From contig CAVVXN010000001.1 in assembly GCA_963752285.1 (NCBI GenBank), positions 192,253-256,252 on the forward strand: DNA of 64,000 bases, written 5' to 3'. Numbering within the stretch: position 1 is the stretch's first letter; each line of letters begins with the position of its first letter. The translations under genes were made by a program, and so were the position numbers. The notes beneath the pieces were generated by a model. It was given only the letters and a program-made list of their open reading frames with translations. It had not been told where the DNA came from and ran no database searches. This DNA comes from an uncultured Planctomycetota bacterium. GTDB taxonomy: Bacteria > Planctomycetota > PLA2 > JAEUHO01. Below are positions 44,431 to 55,022 of the stretch, piece after piece.

Positions 44431-45302
44431 TCCACGGGCTCCGCCGGGTCGTGCACCGCGCGCGGGCGCGTCGAGGCCGCCTTCTTCAGGGTCTCGTCGT
44501 CGAGGCGCTTCCGACGCAACCCGTCGAGACATCCGCGCCGGTGCGCGACGAGCTCCGCGACCACCGCCACGGCGATCTCGCCGTGCGTCTGCGCTCCCAG
44601 GTCGAGCCCGATGGGCGCGTGGAGGCGCGCGAGGTCCACGCCCCCGAGCCGGCCCGCGTCGCGGAGGCGGCCGAGGAGCGCGCGGACCTTCACGCGACTC
44701 CCGATGAGCCCGACGTACGACGCGGTCGTATGCAGGGCGAAGTCCGTGCACTCGAGGTCCATCGCGTGCCCACGCGTCACGACGACGCACGACGTCGAGG
44801 GCGTGACCCTGAGCTCGCGGAAGGCTTCCTCGAACGTGGGGCGCGCCACGACCCTCCGGGCGCTCGGAAACCGTTCGACGTTCGCGAACGCCTCGCGGTC
44901 GTCCACGACCGTCACGGCAAAGCCCGCGCGTGCTGCGATGTCGGCGAGGTCGCGGCTCACGTGTCCCGCGCCGAAGACGACCACCGCGGGCACCGCGATC
45001 GGCTCGATGAAGACCTCGATCTCGCCGCCGCAGAGCAGCCCCGCCGTCCCGGTGGCGGACTCGGTCAGGCGGAGTCGGACCCGGCGGGGACGGTCCTCCT
45101 CGATGACCTCGCGGGCCGCGTCCACCACCTCGGCCTCGACGCAGCCGCCGCCGACCGTCCCGAGGAAGCCACCCGACTCCCGGACGAGCAGACGCATCGT
45201 CTCCCGTCCGGGCGTGCTCCCCCGGGTCGAGATGACAGTGGCGAGGGCGCCGCGCTCTCCCTCGGCCCGCATGCGGGCGACTTCCTCGAAGATGTCCAGC
45301 AT
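44427..45302 (-). CDS. XdhC/CoxI family molybdoenzyme maturation protein
   Basis: [31 protein letters not shown] and [30 protein letters not shown] (Rossmann part). Confidence 0.8.
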   Translation of the reverse strand: MLDIFEEVARMRAEGERGALATVISTRGSTPGRETMRLLVRESGGFLGTVGGGCVEAEVVDAAREVIEEDRPRRVRLRLTESATGTAGLLCGGEIEVFIEPIAVPAVVVFGAGHVSRDLADIAARAGFAVTVVDDREAFANVERFPSARRVVARPTFEEAFRELRVTPSTSCVVVTRGHAMDLECTDFALHTTASYVGLIGSRVKVRALLGRLRDAGRLGGVDLARLHAPIGLDLGAQTHGEIAVAVVAELVAHRRGCLDGLRRKRLDDETLKKAASTRPRAVHDPAEPVE

Positions 45303-45364
45303 CGTCGGACCGGATGCTAGCCGACCGCCTGCCCCCGGGGCCAACGCGGCCCCGGCCCGACCGT

Positions 45365-46768
45365 ATGTTCCGCGGAATGCCGCCCCCGACTCCCACCCAC
45401 GTTCCGGGTCTCCGTCACGCCCTCTACGCCGCGCTCGCGCTGGCGGCGGTCGCGCTCGGATCGACGGCCCGGGCCGGCGACGAGCCCGACGGGGCGGCAC
45501 TGCGGCGGAGCCCCGTCGTCCGCGCGGTCGAGAAGGCGCGGCGCGCGGTCGTCCCGATCCACACGACGCGGATCATCCACCGGGCCTGGTTCCCGGCGGC
45601 CGTGGACCTCCCGCAGGAAGGGAAGGGCGTCGGATCCGGCGTGATCTTCCACCCGGGCGGCTACGTGATCACCAACGCGCATGTCGTCGCGCGCGCCAGC
45701 GAGATCTTCGTGGACGTGCTCCGGGACGACGGCACGGCCGACACGCACGAGGCGCACATCTTCGCCGTGGACCTCGCGAACGACCTCGCGATCGTGAAGC
45801 TCGCGCCCGAGGGCGGCGGCCCGTACCCCCACCTCGGGATCGGAACGTCGGACGACCTCATGCTCGGCGAGACCGTCATCGCGATCGGGAACCCCTTCGG
45901 CATCGGCCTCACGGTCACCACCGGGGTCATCGGCGGGCTCGGACGTCGCCTCGAGGTCGGCGACGCGAGTCGCGTGTTCGACGACTTCGTGCAGGTGGAT
46001 GCGGCCGTGAACCCCGGCAACTCCGGCGGCGCGCTGCTGGACGTGACGGGGCGCTGGATCGGCGTGACGACCGCGATCGTGAACCACCAGTCGGGCGCGG
46101 AGGGGATCGGATTCGCCATTCCGGCCAAACGAATCCGCACGCTCGTCGCCCGCGCCTTCAAGCGCCGTCTCCTCCAGGGCGACTGGCTCGGGATCGAGCT
46201 CGAGTCGGGCCCGGGCGAGGCGGCCCGCGTCGCGAACGTGTTCCCCGGAGGGCCGGCCGCGCTCGCCGGGGTAGAGCGGGGCGACGTGATGACCTCGCTC
46301 GACGGGCAGCCCACGCCCACGCTCTTCGACCTGCGGTGGCGGATGTCCTTCGTACCCCGCGGCGCGCCGCTCCGGCTCGGGATCCAGCGCGACGGCCGCA
46401 CGCTGCCCGATGCGATCACGGTTCGCCTGGTGCCGCTCCCCACCGACGACCTCTCCCGCGCGAGGCTGGGCTTCACCGCGAAGGACGTCGGGGAGAAGGA
46501 GAACCTCGAGCGGCAGATCGCGTTCGACGCGGGCGTGATGGTGGACGAGGTCCGTGCGGGCGGGCCGGCGGACCGAATCGGTCTCCGGTCGGGCGACCTC
46601 GTGGTGGGGCTCGGGAACTACCGGATCCGCCACTCCGACGACCTCCTTCTCTTCCTCCAGTACGTGCAGGCCGGTGACGTCGTGCAGGTGAAGGCGATTC
46701 GGTTCGTGGACCTCCCCAACGGGCGGGCCTTCCGACAGGGCCGGGAGGGTCGGCTCATCGCCGAGTAG
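45365..46768 (+). CDS. HtrA/DegP-family serine protease with PDZ domains
   Basis: GSGVIFHPGGYVITNAHVV (His), NDLAIVKL (Asp), NPGNSGGALLD (Ser), followed by PDZ-like segments. ATG 45314 and ATG 45377 are alternative starts. Confidence 0.85.
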   Translation: MFRGMPPPTPTHVPGLRHALYAALALAAVALGSTARAGDEPDGAALRRSPVVRAVEKARRAVVPIHTTRIIHRAWFPAAVDLPQEGKGVGSGVIFHPGGYVITNAHVVARASEIFVDVLRDDGTADTHEAHIFAVDLANDLAIVKLAPEGGGPYPHLGIGTSDDLMLGETVIAIGNPFGIGLTVTTGVIGGLGRRLEVGDASRVFDDFVQVDAAVNPGNSGGALLDVTGRWIGVTTAIVNHQSGAEGIGFAIPAKRIRTLVARAFKRRLLQGDWLGIELESGPGEAARVANVFPGGPAALAGVERGDVMTSLDGQPTPTLFDLRWRMSFVPRGAPLRLGIQRDGRTLPDAITVRLVPLPTDDLSRARLGFTAKDVGEKENLERQIAFDAGVMVDEVRAGGPADRIGLRSGDLVVGLGNYRIRHSDDLLLFLQYVQAGDVVQVKAIRFVDLPNGRAFRQGREGRLIAE

Positions 46769-46845
46769 GGACCGCGCGGGTCCCCGCCGGGCCGGGCGCG
46801 AGCGCGGACCGGGTGCCCGACGCGGCGATCCCCGCGTGCCGCGCG

Positions 46846-47457
46846 CTACGTGATCACCACGCGCTTCGTGCCGAGGATGTCGGCCACCTGCTCGTCGATG
46901 GAGCCGATGCGGAGCACGTGCTCGATCACGATGGGCGCGGACTCCCGCGGCGTCGTGAGGATCATGCGCCCCGAGCCGGCGAGGATCCGCTCGAGCACGT
47001 CCGGGATCTCCTTGAACCACCGCAGGTCCTCGGTGCTGTAGCGCTTGATGTCGGCGAACATCCCGCGGCGGTGGATCACCTCGTTGTACCGGAACTCCCA
47101 GTAGTCGAAGCGGGTCTTCACGAACACCACCGCGAAGAAGATCGTGAAGAGGCCGAACATCGTGAAGTAGAAGCTCCGGCTCATGGCGAGCTGCAGGTCC
47201 CGGAACCAATCGCCGACGAAGCCGAGGAAACCCCAGTGGAGGCCCGCGATCAGGATCGCCGCCACGATCGCCAGCAGCATCACCGACACGACCTCGTTGA
47301 AGTCGAACGAGATCACGAGGAGGTTGAAGGCGAAGACGCACATCCAGACCGTGCCGAGGTGCTGCCCGCCGCCGATGACCCCCGCGACGAGGGACATCAG
47401 CCAGGTCAGCCAGAAGAAGATGACCTTCGGGTAGGACCGGACGATCACCCGCGGCAT
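46846..47457 (-). CDS. membrane protein with C-terminal PH-like (bPH) region
   Basis: Four hydrophobic helices (VIFFWLTWLMSLVAGVIGG and others) followed by a soluble approximately 80-aa tail. Realistic composition. ATG 47457. Confidence 0.55.
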   Translation of the reverse strand: MPRVIVRSYPKVIFFWLTWLMSLVAGVIGGGQHLGTVWMCVFAFNLLVISFDFNEVVSVMLLAIVAAILIAGLHWGFLGFVGDWFRDLQLAMSRSFYFTMFGLFTIFFAVVFVKTRFDYWEFRYNEVIHRRGMFADIKRYSTEDLRWFKEIPDVLERILAGSGRMILTTPRESAPIVIEHVLRIGSIDEQVADILGTKRVVIT

Positions 47458-47671
47458 CTCGTGGGCGGGCGTCGGGGTGGGGGACGGCGAGGACGGAGTC
47501 GGCTCGGCCACGGCTTCTCTCCTGCTCGGGTTCGGGGATCCGACGCGCGGGCCGCAGCCGGGCCGACGGGGCCCGCGGGCCCGGTGGCGCCTGCGCGACC
47601 TCGCCTCGACGGCGGCCGAACCGCTCGGAGGCATGATCCTACGGGGAGGGGGACCGGCCGGGAACGCGGGT

Positions 47672-48268
47672 TCAGGGCTCCGTCGTTCCACCACGGGCCG
47701 CGACGCCGCACGCGACCTGGCGCGCACGGCCGGCCTCGGGACCCTCGGGCTCCGAGAGCTCGAGCCCGGCGGAGAGGGACCGGACCCGGGACCGAAGCGG
47801 CGAGTCCGCGGCGCCGGCGTCGGGCGGGGCGGTCGCCGCGAGCCAGCGGCGCAGGGCCCCGGCGCCCGGCGTCATGACGCGCACGGGGAGGTCCCGGCGC
47901 CGGAGGCCGGCGAGGACGCGGGCGAGGGCCTCGGCGGCCGCGGGCTCCTCGCCCGTCGGCCCCAGCCGGAAGGCGAGCTCGCGGCGCCGGTCGCGCCAGA
48001 CGAGGACCGCGCCGACCGCGCGATCGCCCTCGAGGCCCGCGGGCTCGACGTGGAGCCAGATGCGGATCGGGTCGGCCCCGGCGGGAACGCGCTGCTCCTC
48101 GCCCCCGACCGGACCGAGGTCCTCGGGCCGGACGCTGTAGGTCCGTGCGTCGTCGGGCCGGTACCTCAGGCTCGCGAGCCCGCGCTCGTCGAGCCGCGGG
48201 GACCCCGCGCGGTCCACGAGTACCCAGGCCTTCTGTTCGCGATAGCGCCGGCGCGCCCAGCTCTCCAC
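47672..48268 (-). CDS. hypothetical protein (weak RNase H-like pattern)
   Basis: The ORF must start internally because its 5' end would overlap carB; GTG 48268 was taken. IRIWLHVEP..GAVLV..EEPAAAEALARVL..VRVMT loosely follows the RNase H fold order but lacks the catalytic Asp residues. Confidence 0.3.
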   Translation of the reverse strand: MESWARRRYREQKAWVLVDRAGSPRLDERGLASLRYRPDDARTYSVRPEDLGPVGGEEQRVPAGADPIRIWLHVEPAGLEGDRAVGAVLVWRDRRRELAFRLGPTGEEPAAAEALARVLAGLRRRDLPVRVMTPGAGALRRWLAATAPPDAGAADSPLRSRVRSLSAGLELSEPEGPEAGRARQVACGVAARGGTTEP

Positions 48269-48449
48269 GCGCGCGATCCTATCCGGGACGCGACCGCGGC
48301 GCCCGAGCGGTGCCTTCCCCCTTCGGCGGGGCTCGCGAAGCCGGTATCCTCCCCCGGCGCTGCCGCGAGGAAGGCCCGGGACGGGGCCGAGCGGCCCGGG
48401 GTGAGGCTTCCCGGCCGTCAGCCTCGACGGAGAGTGCCGGGTCCTCGCC

Positions 48450-51400
48450 ATGCCGCGCCGCGACGACATCCATCGGATCTTGATCCTCGGCTCCGGGCCG
48501 ATCGTGATCGGACAGGCGGCGGAGTTCGACTACTCCGGGACCCAGGCGCTCAAGGCCCTCCGGGAGGAGGGCTACGAGGTCGTCCTCGTCAACAGCAACC
48601 CCGCCACGATCATGACCGACCCGGAGATGGCCGACCGGACGTACATCGAGCCGGTCACCGCCGAGATGGTCGAGAAGGTGATCGCGCGGGAGCGACCGGA
48701 CGCGCTCCTGCCGACCATGGGGGGGCAGACGGGTCTCAACGTCTCGATCGAGCTCCACGACCAGGGGGTCCTCGACCGGTACGGCGTGCAGATGCTCGCG
48801 GCGAGCCCGCAGGTGATCCGCAAGGCGGAGAACCGCGAGGAGTTCCGCCGGGCCATGCTCGAGATCGGGCTCGACCTGCCGCGGAGCCGGACGGTTCGCA
48901 CCATCCAGGACGCGATGGAGGCGCGGGACGAGATCGGGCTGCCGTGCGTGATCCGCCCCTCGTTCACGCTCGGCGGGACGGGCGGCGGGCTGGCCTGGAA
49001 CGTGGACGAGTTCGCCGACATCAGCCGGCGGGGGCTCGAGCTCTCCCCCGTGAGCGAGATCCTCGTCGAGGAGAGCGTCGCCGGCTGGAAGGAGTTCGAG
49101 CTCGAGGTGATGCGCGACCGCGCGGACAACGTCGTCGTCATCTGCAGCATCGAGAACATCGACCCGATGGGCGTCCACACCGGCGACTCCGTCACCGTGG
49201 CCCCCGCCCAGACCCTGACCGACCGCGAGTACCAGGCCATGCGCGACGCCGCGATCCGTGTGATCCGCGAGATCGGCGTCGAGACCGGCGGGAGCAACAT
49301 CCAGTTCGCGGTGGACCCCGCGACCGGGCGTCTCGTGGTCATCGAGATGAATCCGCGGGTGTCGCGCTCGTCCGCGCTGGCGAGCAAGGCGACGGGCTTC
49401 CCCATCGCGAGGATCGCCGCGAAGCTCGCGGTCGGCTACACGCTCGACGAGCTCCAGAACGACATCACGAAGAAGACCCTGGCCTGTTTCGAGCCCACGA
49501 TCGACTACGTGGTGACGAAGGTACCGCGCTTCAACTTCGAGAAGTTCCCGGAGGCCGAGGCGGTCCTCACGACACAGATGCGCAGCGTGGGCGAGGCCAT
49601 GGCCATCGGCCGCACGTTCCGCGAGAGCTTCCAGAAGGCGCTGCGCAGCCTCGAGATCGGGCGCTACGGGTTCGGCGCGGACCGGAAGGACGCGGAGGAC
49701 CGCCGGATCAGCGACGAGGACCTGAAGCGGCGACTCCAGCGACCGGGGCCCAACCGGGTCTTCCGCATCCGGGAGGCATTGCGCCGCGGCTGGACGCTCG
49801 AGACGGTCGCGGACCTGACGCACTTCGACCCCTGGTTCCTCGAGCAGATGCGCCTCCTCCTGGACCGCGAGGCCGAGGTCCGGGCCGTCGGAACGCTCGC
49901 GAAGCTCCCGGACCCCTTGCTGCGGGCCGCGAAGCGGGACGGGTTCTCGGACCACCAGCTGGGCACGATCCTCGGCGCGTCCGAGACCGAGGTCCGCGCG
50001 GAGCGCACCCGGCGCGGCGTCCTGCCCGTCTACAAGGTCGTGGACACGTGCGCGGCCGAGTTCGAGGCCGCGACGCCGTACTACTACTCGTCCTACGACG
50101 AAGAGGACGAGCTGCGGCCGGCCGTGAAGGACCGCATCGTGATCCTCGGCGGCGGCCCGAACCGCATCGGGCAGGGCGTGGAGTTCGACTACTGCTGCGT
50201 CCAGGCGGCCTTCGCGCTCCGCGAGGCGGGGTACGAGACCGTCATGGTCAACTCGAACCCCGAGACCGTCTCCACCGACTACGACACCAGCGACGTGCTC
50301 TTCTTCGAGCCCCTGACCACGGAGCACGTGCTCGACGTGATCCAGCGGACGGGCGCGAAAGGCGTGATCGTCCAGCTGGGCGGGCAGACGCCCCTGAACC
50401 TCGCGCGCGACCTCGAGAGGGCCGGCGCGCCGATCATCGGCACCTCCCCCGACTCGATCGACCTGGCCGGGGACCGCGGCCTGTTCAAGGGCCTGCTCGA
50501 GTCGCTGGGTCTCCGCCAGCCGACGAACGGCACGGCGACCGAGTTCGAGGGCGCGCTCGCGGTCGCGCGGCGGATCGGGTATCCCGTCCTCGTGCGACCG
50601 TCGTTCGTGCTCGGCGGACGGGCGATGGAAATCGTCTACGACGACGAGTCGCTGCGACGCTACATGCGGGAGGCTGTCGAGGCTTCGCCCGAGCGGCCGA
50701 TCCTGATCGACAAGTTCCTCGAGGACGCGATCGAGATCGACGTCGATGCCGTGGCCGACGGCACGCGATGCGTCATCGGCGCGATCATGGAGCACATCGA
50801 GGAGGCCGGGATCCACTCGGGCGACTCGTGCTGCACGCTGCCGACGTTCAGCCTGAAACCCCGGGTCCTCGACGAGATCCGCGAGGCGACGCATCGGCTC
50901 GCCTCGGCGCTCGCGGTGAAGGGGCTCATCAACGTCCAGTTCGCCGTCAAGGACGACGTCGTGTACGTCCTCGAGGCGAATCCGCGCGCGAGCCGCACCG
51001 TGCCCTTCGTGAGCAAGGCGACCGGCGTACCCCTCGCGCGGTTCGGCGCCCGGATCATGGCCGGCGAGATGATCGACGTGCTCGGCATGCCCGACGAGGT
51101 GATCCCGCCCTACTTCGCCGTGAAGGAGCCGGTGTTCCCCTTCAACCGCTTCCAGGGGACCGACATCATCCTCGGGCCCGAGATGCGGAGCACCGGCGAG
51201 GTGATGGGTATCGACCCGGCGCTGCCGACGGCCTTCGCAAAGGCGAAGCTCGGCGCGACGCTCTCCCTCCCGAAGAAGGGGGCGATCTTCCTCAGCGTGA
51301 AGGACGCCGACAAGCGCCTCGTGATCCCGATCGCCCGGCGCCTGGTGGCCCTCGGGTACGACCTCGTGTCCACGGAGGGCACGTGGCGGCTCCTCACCCG

Positions 51401-51692
51401 GTCCGGGGTCCCATGCCGCAAGGTGCACAAGATCGCCGACGGCGCGCGCCCGAACGTGCTCGACATCGTCAAGAACCGCGAGGTCCGGCTCATCGTGAAC
51501 ACGCCGAACGGTCGGGGGGCACGCACCGACGAGGGCCACATCCGTGGCGCGGCGGCGGTCCTGAACATCCCGTGCATCACGACGATGAGCGGCGCCGAGG
51601 CGCTCGTCCGCGCGCTCGAGGCGTACGATCGGGAGCCCTTCCAGGTACGCTCGCTCCAGGAGTACCAGTCCCTGGCGCTCGCGCGGACGTGA
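48450..51692 (+). CDS. carB: carbamoyl-phosphate synthase large subunit
   Basis: 1080 aa with duplicated ATP-grasp halves: [46 protein letters not shown] and the C-terminal MGS-like domain. Confidence 0.97.
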   Translation: MPRRDDIHRILILGSGPIVIGQAAEFDYSGTQALKALREEGYEVVLVNSNPATIMTDPEMADRTYIEPVTAEMVEKVIARERPDALLPTMGGQTGLNVSIELHDQGVLDRYGVQMLAASPQVIRKAENREEFRRAMLEIGLDLPRSRTVRTIQDAMEARDEIGLPCVIRPSFTLGGTGGGLAWNVDEFADISRRGLELSPVSEILVEESVAGWKEFELEVMRDRADNVVVICSIENIDPMGVHTGDSVTVAPAQTLTDREYQAMRDAAIRVIREIGVETGGSNIQFAVDPATGRLVVIEMNPRVSRSSALASKATGFPIARIAAKLAVGYTLDELQNDITKKTLACFEPTIDYVVTKVPRFNFEKFPEAEAVLTTQMRSVGEAMAIGRTFRESFQKALRSLEIGRYGFGADRKDAEDRRISDEDLKRRLQRPGPNRVFRIREALRRGWTLETVADLTHFDPWFLEQMRLLLDREAEVRAVGTLAKLPDPLLRAAKRDGFSDHQLGTILGASETEVRAERTRRGVLPVYKVVDTCAAEFEAATPYYYSSYDEEDELRPAVKDRIVILGGGPNRIGQGVEFDYCCVQAAFALREAGYETVMVNSNPETVSTDYDTSDVLFFEPLTTEHVLDVIQRTGAKGVIVQLGGQTPLNLARDLERAGAPIIGTSPDSIDLAGDRGLFKGLLESLGLRQPTNGTATEFEGALAVARRIGYPVLVRPSFVLGGRAMEIVYDDESLRRYMREAVEASPERPILIDKFLEDAIEIDVDAVADGTRCVIGAIMEHIEEAGIHSGDSCCTLPTFSLKPRVLDEIREATHRLASALAVKGLINVQFAVKDDVVYVLEANPRASRTVPFVSKATGVPLARFGARIMAGEMIDVLGMPDEVIPPYFAVKEPVFPFNRFQGTDIILGPEMRSTGEVMGIDPALPTAFAKAKLGATLSLPKKGAIFLSVKDADKRLVIPIARRLVALGYDLVSTEGTWRLLTRSGVPCRKVHKIADGARPNVLDIVKNREVRLIVNTPNGRGARTDEGHIRGAAAVLNIPCITTMSGAEALVRALEAYDREPFQVRSLQEYQSLALART

Positions 51693-51713
51693 CGGCTCGC
51701 GCGTCGCGCCGCG

Positions 51714-52346
51714 CTACTGGAGCGTCGGAACGCGGAGCGAGACCTGGATCTGGGGCTTCTTGATCCGGTCGAAGGGCGGGGAGGGGTTGTCCGTCGGCTC
51801 CGCCGCCTGCCACATGATCTCGCTCACCCGATAGCGACCCGTCGCCTCGATGTTCCACACGAGGTTCAGGAGCTGGGCCAGGCGGGGCAGGGCGTCGCCC
51901 TCGCTCAAGTAGTCGTACCGCTGCGTGATGGTCTCGTAGCGGCCCCCGCCCCCCGTGATCGGCCGCTCCGCGGAGCTGTACTTCTGGACGAGGTGCGCGT
52001 TCAGGGCGAGGCGGTCCATCATCTCGCTCGGGATCCCGCGCTCGAGCCCGCCGCCGCCCGACGCCTGTTGGTATGCGTTCGACAGCGACTCGACCTCCCA
52101 CGCCAGGTCGGGGATCGTGCTCGGCGGCCGGTCGTCGGACCGCGCGGGGCCCTGGAAGGACATCATCCGCTCGAGCGACTTGTTCGCCTCCGCGTACTCG
52201 TTGCGTGTGCCGTTGATCATGAAGTAGAGGACGGCGATCACGACGACCAGCAAGGCCATCACGACCGTGAAGAGCTTGAGGGGGTCGCCCTCCTTGCCCT
52301 TCGCTGCGCTGCCCTTCGCCGCGCTGGCCTTCTCCTTGCGCGCCAT
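51714..52346 (-). CDS. bitopic membrane protein, GspM/PilO-like position
   Basis: Lys-rich N-terminus, one TM helix (LFTVVMALLVVVIAVLYF) and an approximately 160-aa periplasmic domain. The ATG overlaps the stop of the PilM/GspL-like gene by 1 nt (TGATG). Confidence 0.5.
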   Translation of the reverse strand: MARKEKASAAKGSAAKGKEGDPLKLFTVVMALLVVVIAVLYFMINGTRNEYAEANKSLERMMSFQGPARSDDRPPSTIPDLAWEVESLSNAYQQASGGGGLERGIPSEMMDRLALNAHLVQKYSSAERPITGGGGRYETITQRYDYLSEGDALPRLAQLLNLVWNIEATGRYRVSEIMWQAAEPTDNPSPPFDRIKKPQIQVSLRVPTLQ

Positions 52347-54121
52347 CAGTCTTCCTCCTTGAACCGGAGGTTGAAGTCGCGCTGCTGCCGTCCGCCCTGG
52401 TTCTGGGTGGCCCCGGGCTCGATCACGCGGCTGGTCTTGGAGCGTTCCTTGAAGTAGGGGCTGTCCTCGATCTGCTGTCGCACCTTGTCGAAGGTCGCCG
52501 GGTCCTCCACCTCGACGCGGATCGTGGTGGTGTGCGCCTTGATGTCCATGCGCAGGATCTTGAGGTAGCCGTACTCCGCCCGTGGCCTCCGGTTGAGCGC
52601 GCGAACCAGCTCGAGCCACACCTGCAGGGCGCTCTGTACCTGGGGGATGTCGCGGCGCAGCCCCAGGTTGCTCTGGAGCGTATTGAAACGGTCGAGCAGG
52701 CGGGACCGAAGCCACGTGGCCATCCGGTAGTCCGGCGGCGCGTTGCGCACCGCCTCGTCGATGCGCGCGCTCGCGTCCGCGGCGGTCTTCGCCTCCACCT
52801 TCTGGAGGTAGGCCAGCTCCGCGGTCCGGTAGAACGAGATCGCCTTTCCCACGACGTTGCTGAACCGCCCCCGCTCCGCGTCGCGGCGGGTCATGGCCAC
52901 GAGGGCGAGGGCGAGGAGCACGAAGAAGAGCAGCGTCACGCCCGTCGCGAGGGCGTGCTTCAGCACGTCGAAGCGGTTCGTCGGCGCCAGCTCGTCCTGG
53001 AGCAGCTCCACGCCGAGCGGGTCGTAGCCGAGCACGCGGAGCGCGCCGCCGATCGCGGCCGGCGCGACGGCCTGGGTCAGCTCCGTGTCCTGCCCGCGGT
53101 CGCGCCACTCGACGCGCTGGGCGAGGTCCACGCGCTCGACCGGGAGGCGGAACCGCTCCTCGAGGGCCTGGGAGAGACCGGGGAGCAGGGAGCCCCCGCC
53201 GAGGAGCAGGATGCGGTCCGGCGCGCTCTCGTTCTGTACGGCGGCCAGCGACCGGATCGACTCGCGATGGAGCTTCCGAACGAACTCGAGTCGCTGGTCC
53301 GCGACGGCCTCGCCCTCGATCCGGGAGAGCGACTTCTCGGTCTCGTCCGCGGGGGGATCGAGCTCGCTCATCGGGACGAGGAGGTCGTCACTGCGCGGTC
53401 CCTCGGGCAGGCGGACCCGACGACGCGCCTCGGCGGGCGCCACCTGGAGCTCCCGGCTCGTGTGCTCGACCACCAGGTCCGTGCCGAGGCGGAACGAACG
53501 CATGGTGAGGGGGCGGCCGTTCGCCACCAGGAGCAGCGAGCTGCTGTGCGCCCCGATGTCGATGATCACGACGTTCGGGTGGTCGCGGAACACGCCCGCG
53601 GCCTCGTACGCCGTGAACACCGCGGAGCCGTCGAGGTCCACGGAGGCCGGCTCGATCCCGGCGGCCCGCATCGTCGCGAGACGCTCGACGAGCAGGTCCT
53701 TGGGCGACGCGAAGATCGTCAGGCGGCTGCCGTCGCGGTTCTCGCCGGTCTTGATCCAGTTGACGACGACGTCCTCGATGGAGTGGCTGTGGAGGTGGTT
53801 CTCCGCCTCGAACCGGACCACCTTGCGGATCTGGTCCTCGTCCGTGAAGGGGACCGTGATCTCGCGGAAGATCGTGTCGCCCGAGGGGAAGGTCGCGCAC
53901 ACCTCGGTTCGCGGGAGCTTCAGCGAGTCGAAGACGTCGCGGAGGATCCCGCTGACCGGGCCGCCCGGGCTGGCCGCCTCCTGACCCTCCTCGGGCTCGG
54001 CGGGGGTGTCCGGAATCTCCCGGATCACCACGCGCTGCACCTTGAACGCCTTCGCGCTCCCGGTCAGCTCGACGATCTTGATCGTCCGACTTCCGATGTC
54101 GAGGCCGAGGGCCCGTGCCAT
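52346..54121 (-). CDS. PilM/GspL-like actin-fold protein fused to TM + periplasmic domain
   Basis: ALGLDIGSRTIKIVEL and VIIDIGAHSSSLLLV are actin-like ATPase phosphate motifs. A TM helix follows (TGVTLLFFVLLALALVAM), then an approximately 190-aa C-terminal domain. Confidence 0.65.
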   Translation of the reverse strand: MARALGLDIGSRTIKIVELTGSAKAFKVQRVVIREIPDTPAEPEEGQEAASPGGPVSGILRDVFDSLKLPRTEVCATFPSGDTIFREITVPFTDEDQIRKVVRFEAENHLHSHSIEDVVVNWIKTGENRDGSRLTIFASPKDLLVERLATMRAAGIEPASVDLDGSAVFTAYEAAGVFRDHPNVVIIDIGAHSSSLLLVANGRPLTMRSFRLGTDLVVEHTSRELQVAPAEARRRVRLPEGPRSDDLLVPMSELDPPADETEKSLSRIEGEAVADQRLEFVRKLHRESIRSLAAVQNESAPDRILLLGGGSLLPGLSQALEERFRLPVERVDLAQRVEWRDRGQDTELTQAVAPAAIGGALRVLGYDPLGVELLQDELAPTNRFDVLKHALATGVTLLFFVLLALALVAMTRRDAERGRFSNVVGKAISFYRTAELAYLQKVEAKTAADASARIDEAVRNAPPDYRMATWLRSRLLDRFNTLQSNLGLRRDIPQVQSALQVWLELVRALNRRPRAEYGYLKILRMDIKAHTTTIRVEVEDPATFDKVRQQIEDSPYFKERSKTSRVIEPGATQNQGGRQQRDFNLRFKEED

Positions 54122-54225
54122 GCAGGCAGTCGCTCCTTCGTGCGATTTCCACGCCGCCGCGAGGCGGGATTATAGGCCCTGTCCGGAGGCGGGCCGTCCG
54201 CCTTTCGGGGGTTCCGCCCCCGTTC

Positions 54226-54564
54226 CTACTTGGGCTCGAGGACCTCTCCGATCCGGCGCGACGCCTCGTCGAACAGGCCCCGGAACTTGTCGGCATTCTG
54301 CTGCCTGAGCTCCCAGATCAGCGCGCCCACCTTCTGGTCGAATCGCTGGAGCTCCTGCCGGACCTGATCGGTCCGGGTGTCGTCCAGGTGGTACTCGCGG
54401 CGGTAGAGGTCCACGAGCATCTCGATCTTCGGGTTCGGGTCGCGCGCCGGGCCGGTCAAGAGGTCGCCGGGGCCCATGGCGCGCAGCGCGCGGGCCGTGA
54501 ACACCCCGAGGGCGATGCCCGCGAGGAGCATGAGGATGGAGACGGTGCGCAGGCTGGGCGTCAT
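54226..54564 (-). CDS. small membrane-anchored helical protein downstream of anti-sigma factor
   Basis: TM helix VSILMLLAGIALGVF followed by a charged helical region. Starts 2 nt after the anti-sigma stop. Confidence 0.5.
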   Translation of the reverse strand: MTPSLRTVSILMLLAGIALGVFTARALRAMGPGDLLTGPARDPNPKIEMLVDLYRREYHLDDTRTDQVRQELQRFDQKVGALIWELRQQNADKFRGLFDEASRRIGEVLEPK

Positions 54565-54566
54565 GG

Positions 54567-55022
54567 TCAGCGTCCCTTCATCGCGGCGAACTGCGTCATG
54601 TCCCACTCGACGCGGCCCTGGTGCGCGAGGCGCTCGCTCTCGAGAACGCGGATGGCGGCGCCGGTCTCGAGGAGGGAGGCGGTCCCGGGGCGCGGGCCGA
54701 GCACGGAGGCGCCCGTCACGCCGAGGCCGAGGAGGACCAGCGCGGCCGCGGCGTAGCGCCACGCGATCCGCGTGTCCGAGGACGACGAGCGCTCCGCCCG
54801 GGCGAGGACGCGCTCGGCGAGGAGGCCCGGGTCGATGTCCGCGACCGCGCGCCGGACGTCGTCCCGCCACAGGTCGGCGTTCTCGCGCCAGCGCTGGATG
54901 CGGCGCTGGAGCGCGGGGTCCCCGGCGAGACGGGTCTCGAAGCGCCGGCGCGCCTCGGGGGAAAGCTCGCCGTCGAGGTAGAGAGACTCCTCGCGGGCGG
55001 GCTCGGGTTCGAACGAGGTCAC
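54567..55022 (-). CDS. anti-sigma factor (zf-HC2-like N-terminus degenerate, single TM)
   Basis: YLDGELSPEARRRFETRLAGDPALQRRIQRW is a typical anti-sigma N-terminal helix. TM helix AAALVLLGLGVTGASVL. The GTG start overlaps the ECF sigma stop (GTGA). Confidence 0.6.
   Translation of the reverse strand: MTSFEPEPAREESLYLDGELSPEARRRFETRLAGDPALQRRIQRWRENADLWRDDVRRAVADIDPGLLAERVLARAERSSSSDTRIAWRYAAAALVLLGLGVTGASVLGPRPGTASLLETGAAIRVLESERLAHQGRVEWDMTQFAAMKGR

Noticed and set aside
41965-46677. 1570-aa plus-strand ORF spanning five called genes.
   Set aside because: The composition is R/G/E/P-rich junk throughout. It overlaps the plsC, TPR-like, CPBP, xdhC and htrA frames, each of which has diagnostic motifs.
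47477-51763. 1428-aa alternative frame over carB, and 48279-51539(-) antisense to carB.
   Set aside because: The carB frame is certain. The alternatives are Arg/Gly/Pro-rich with no family signatures.
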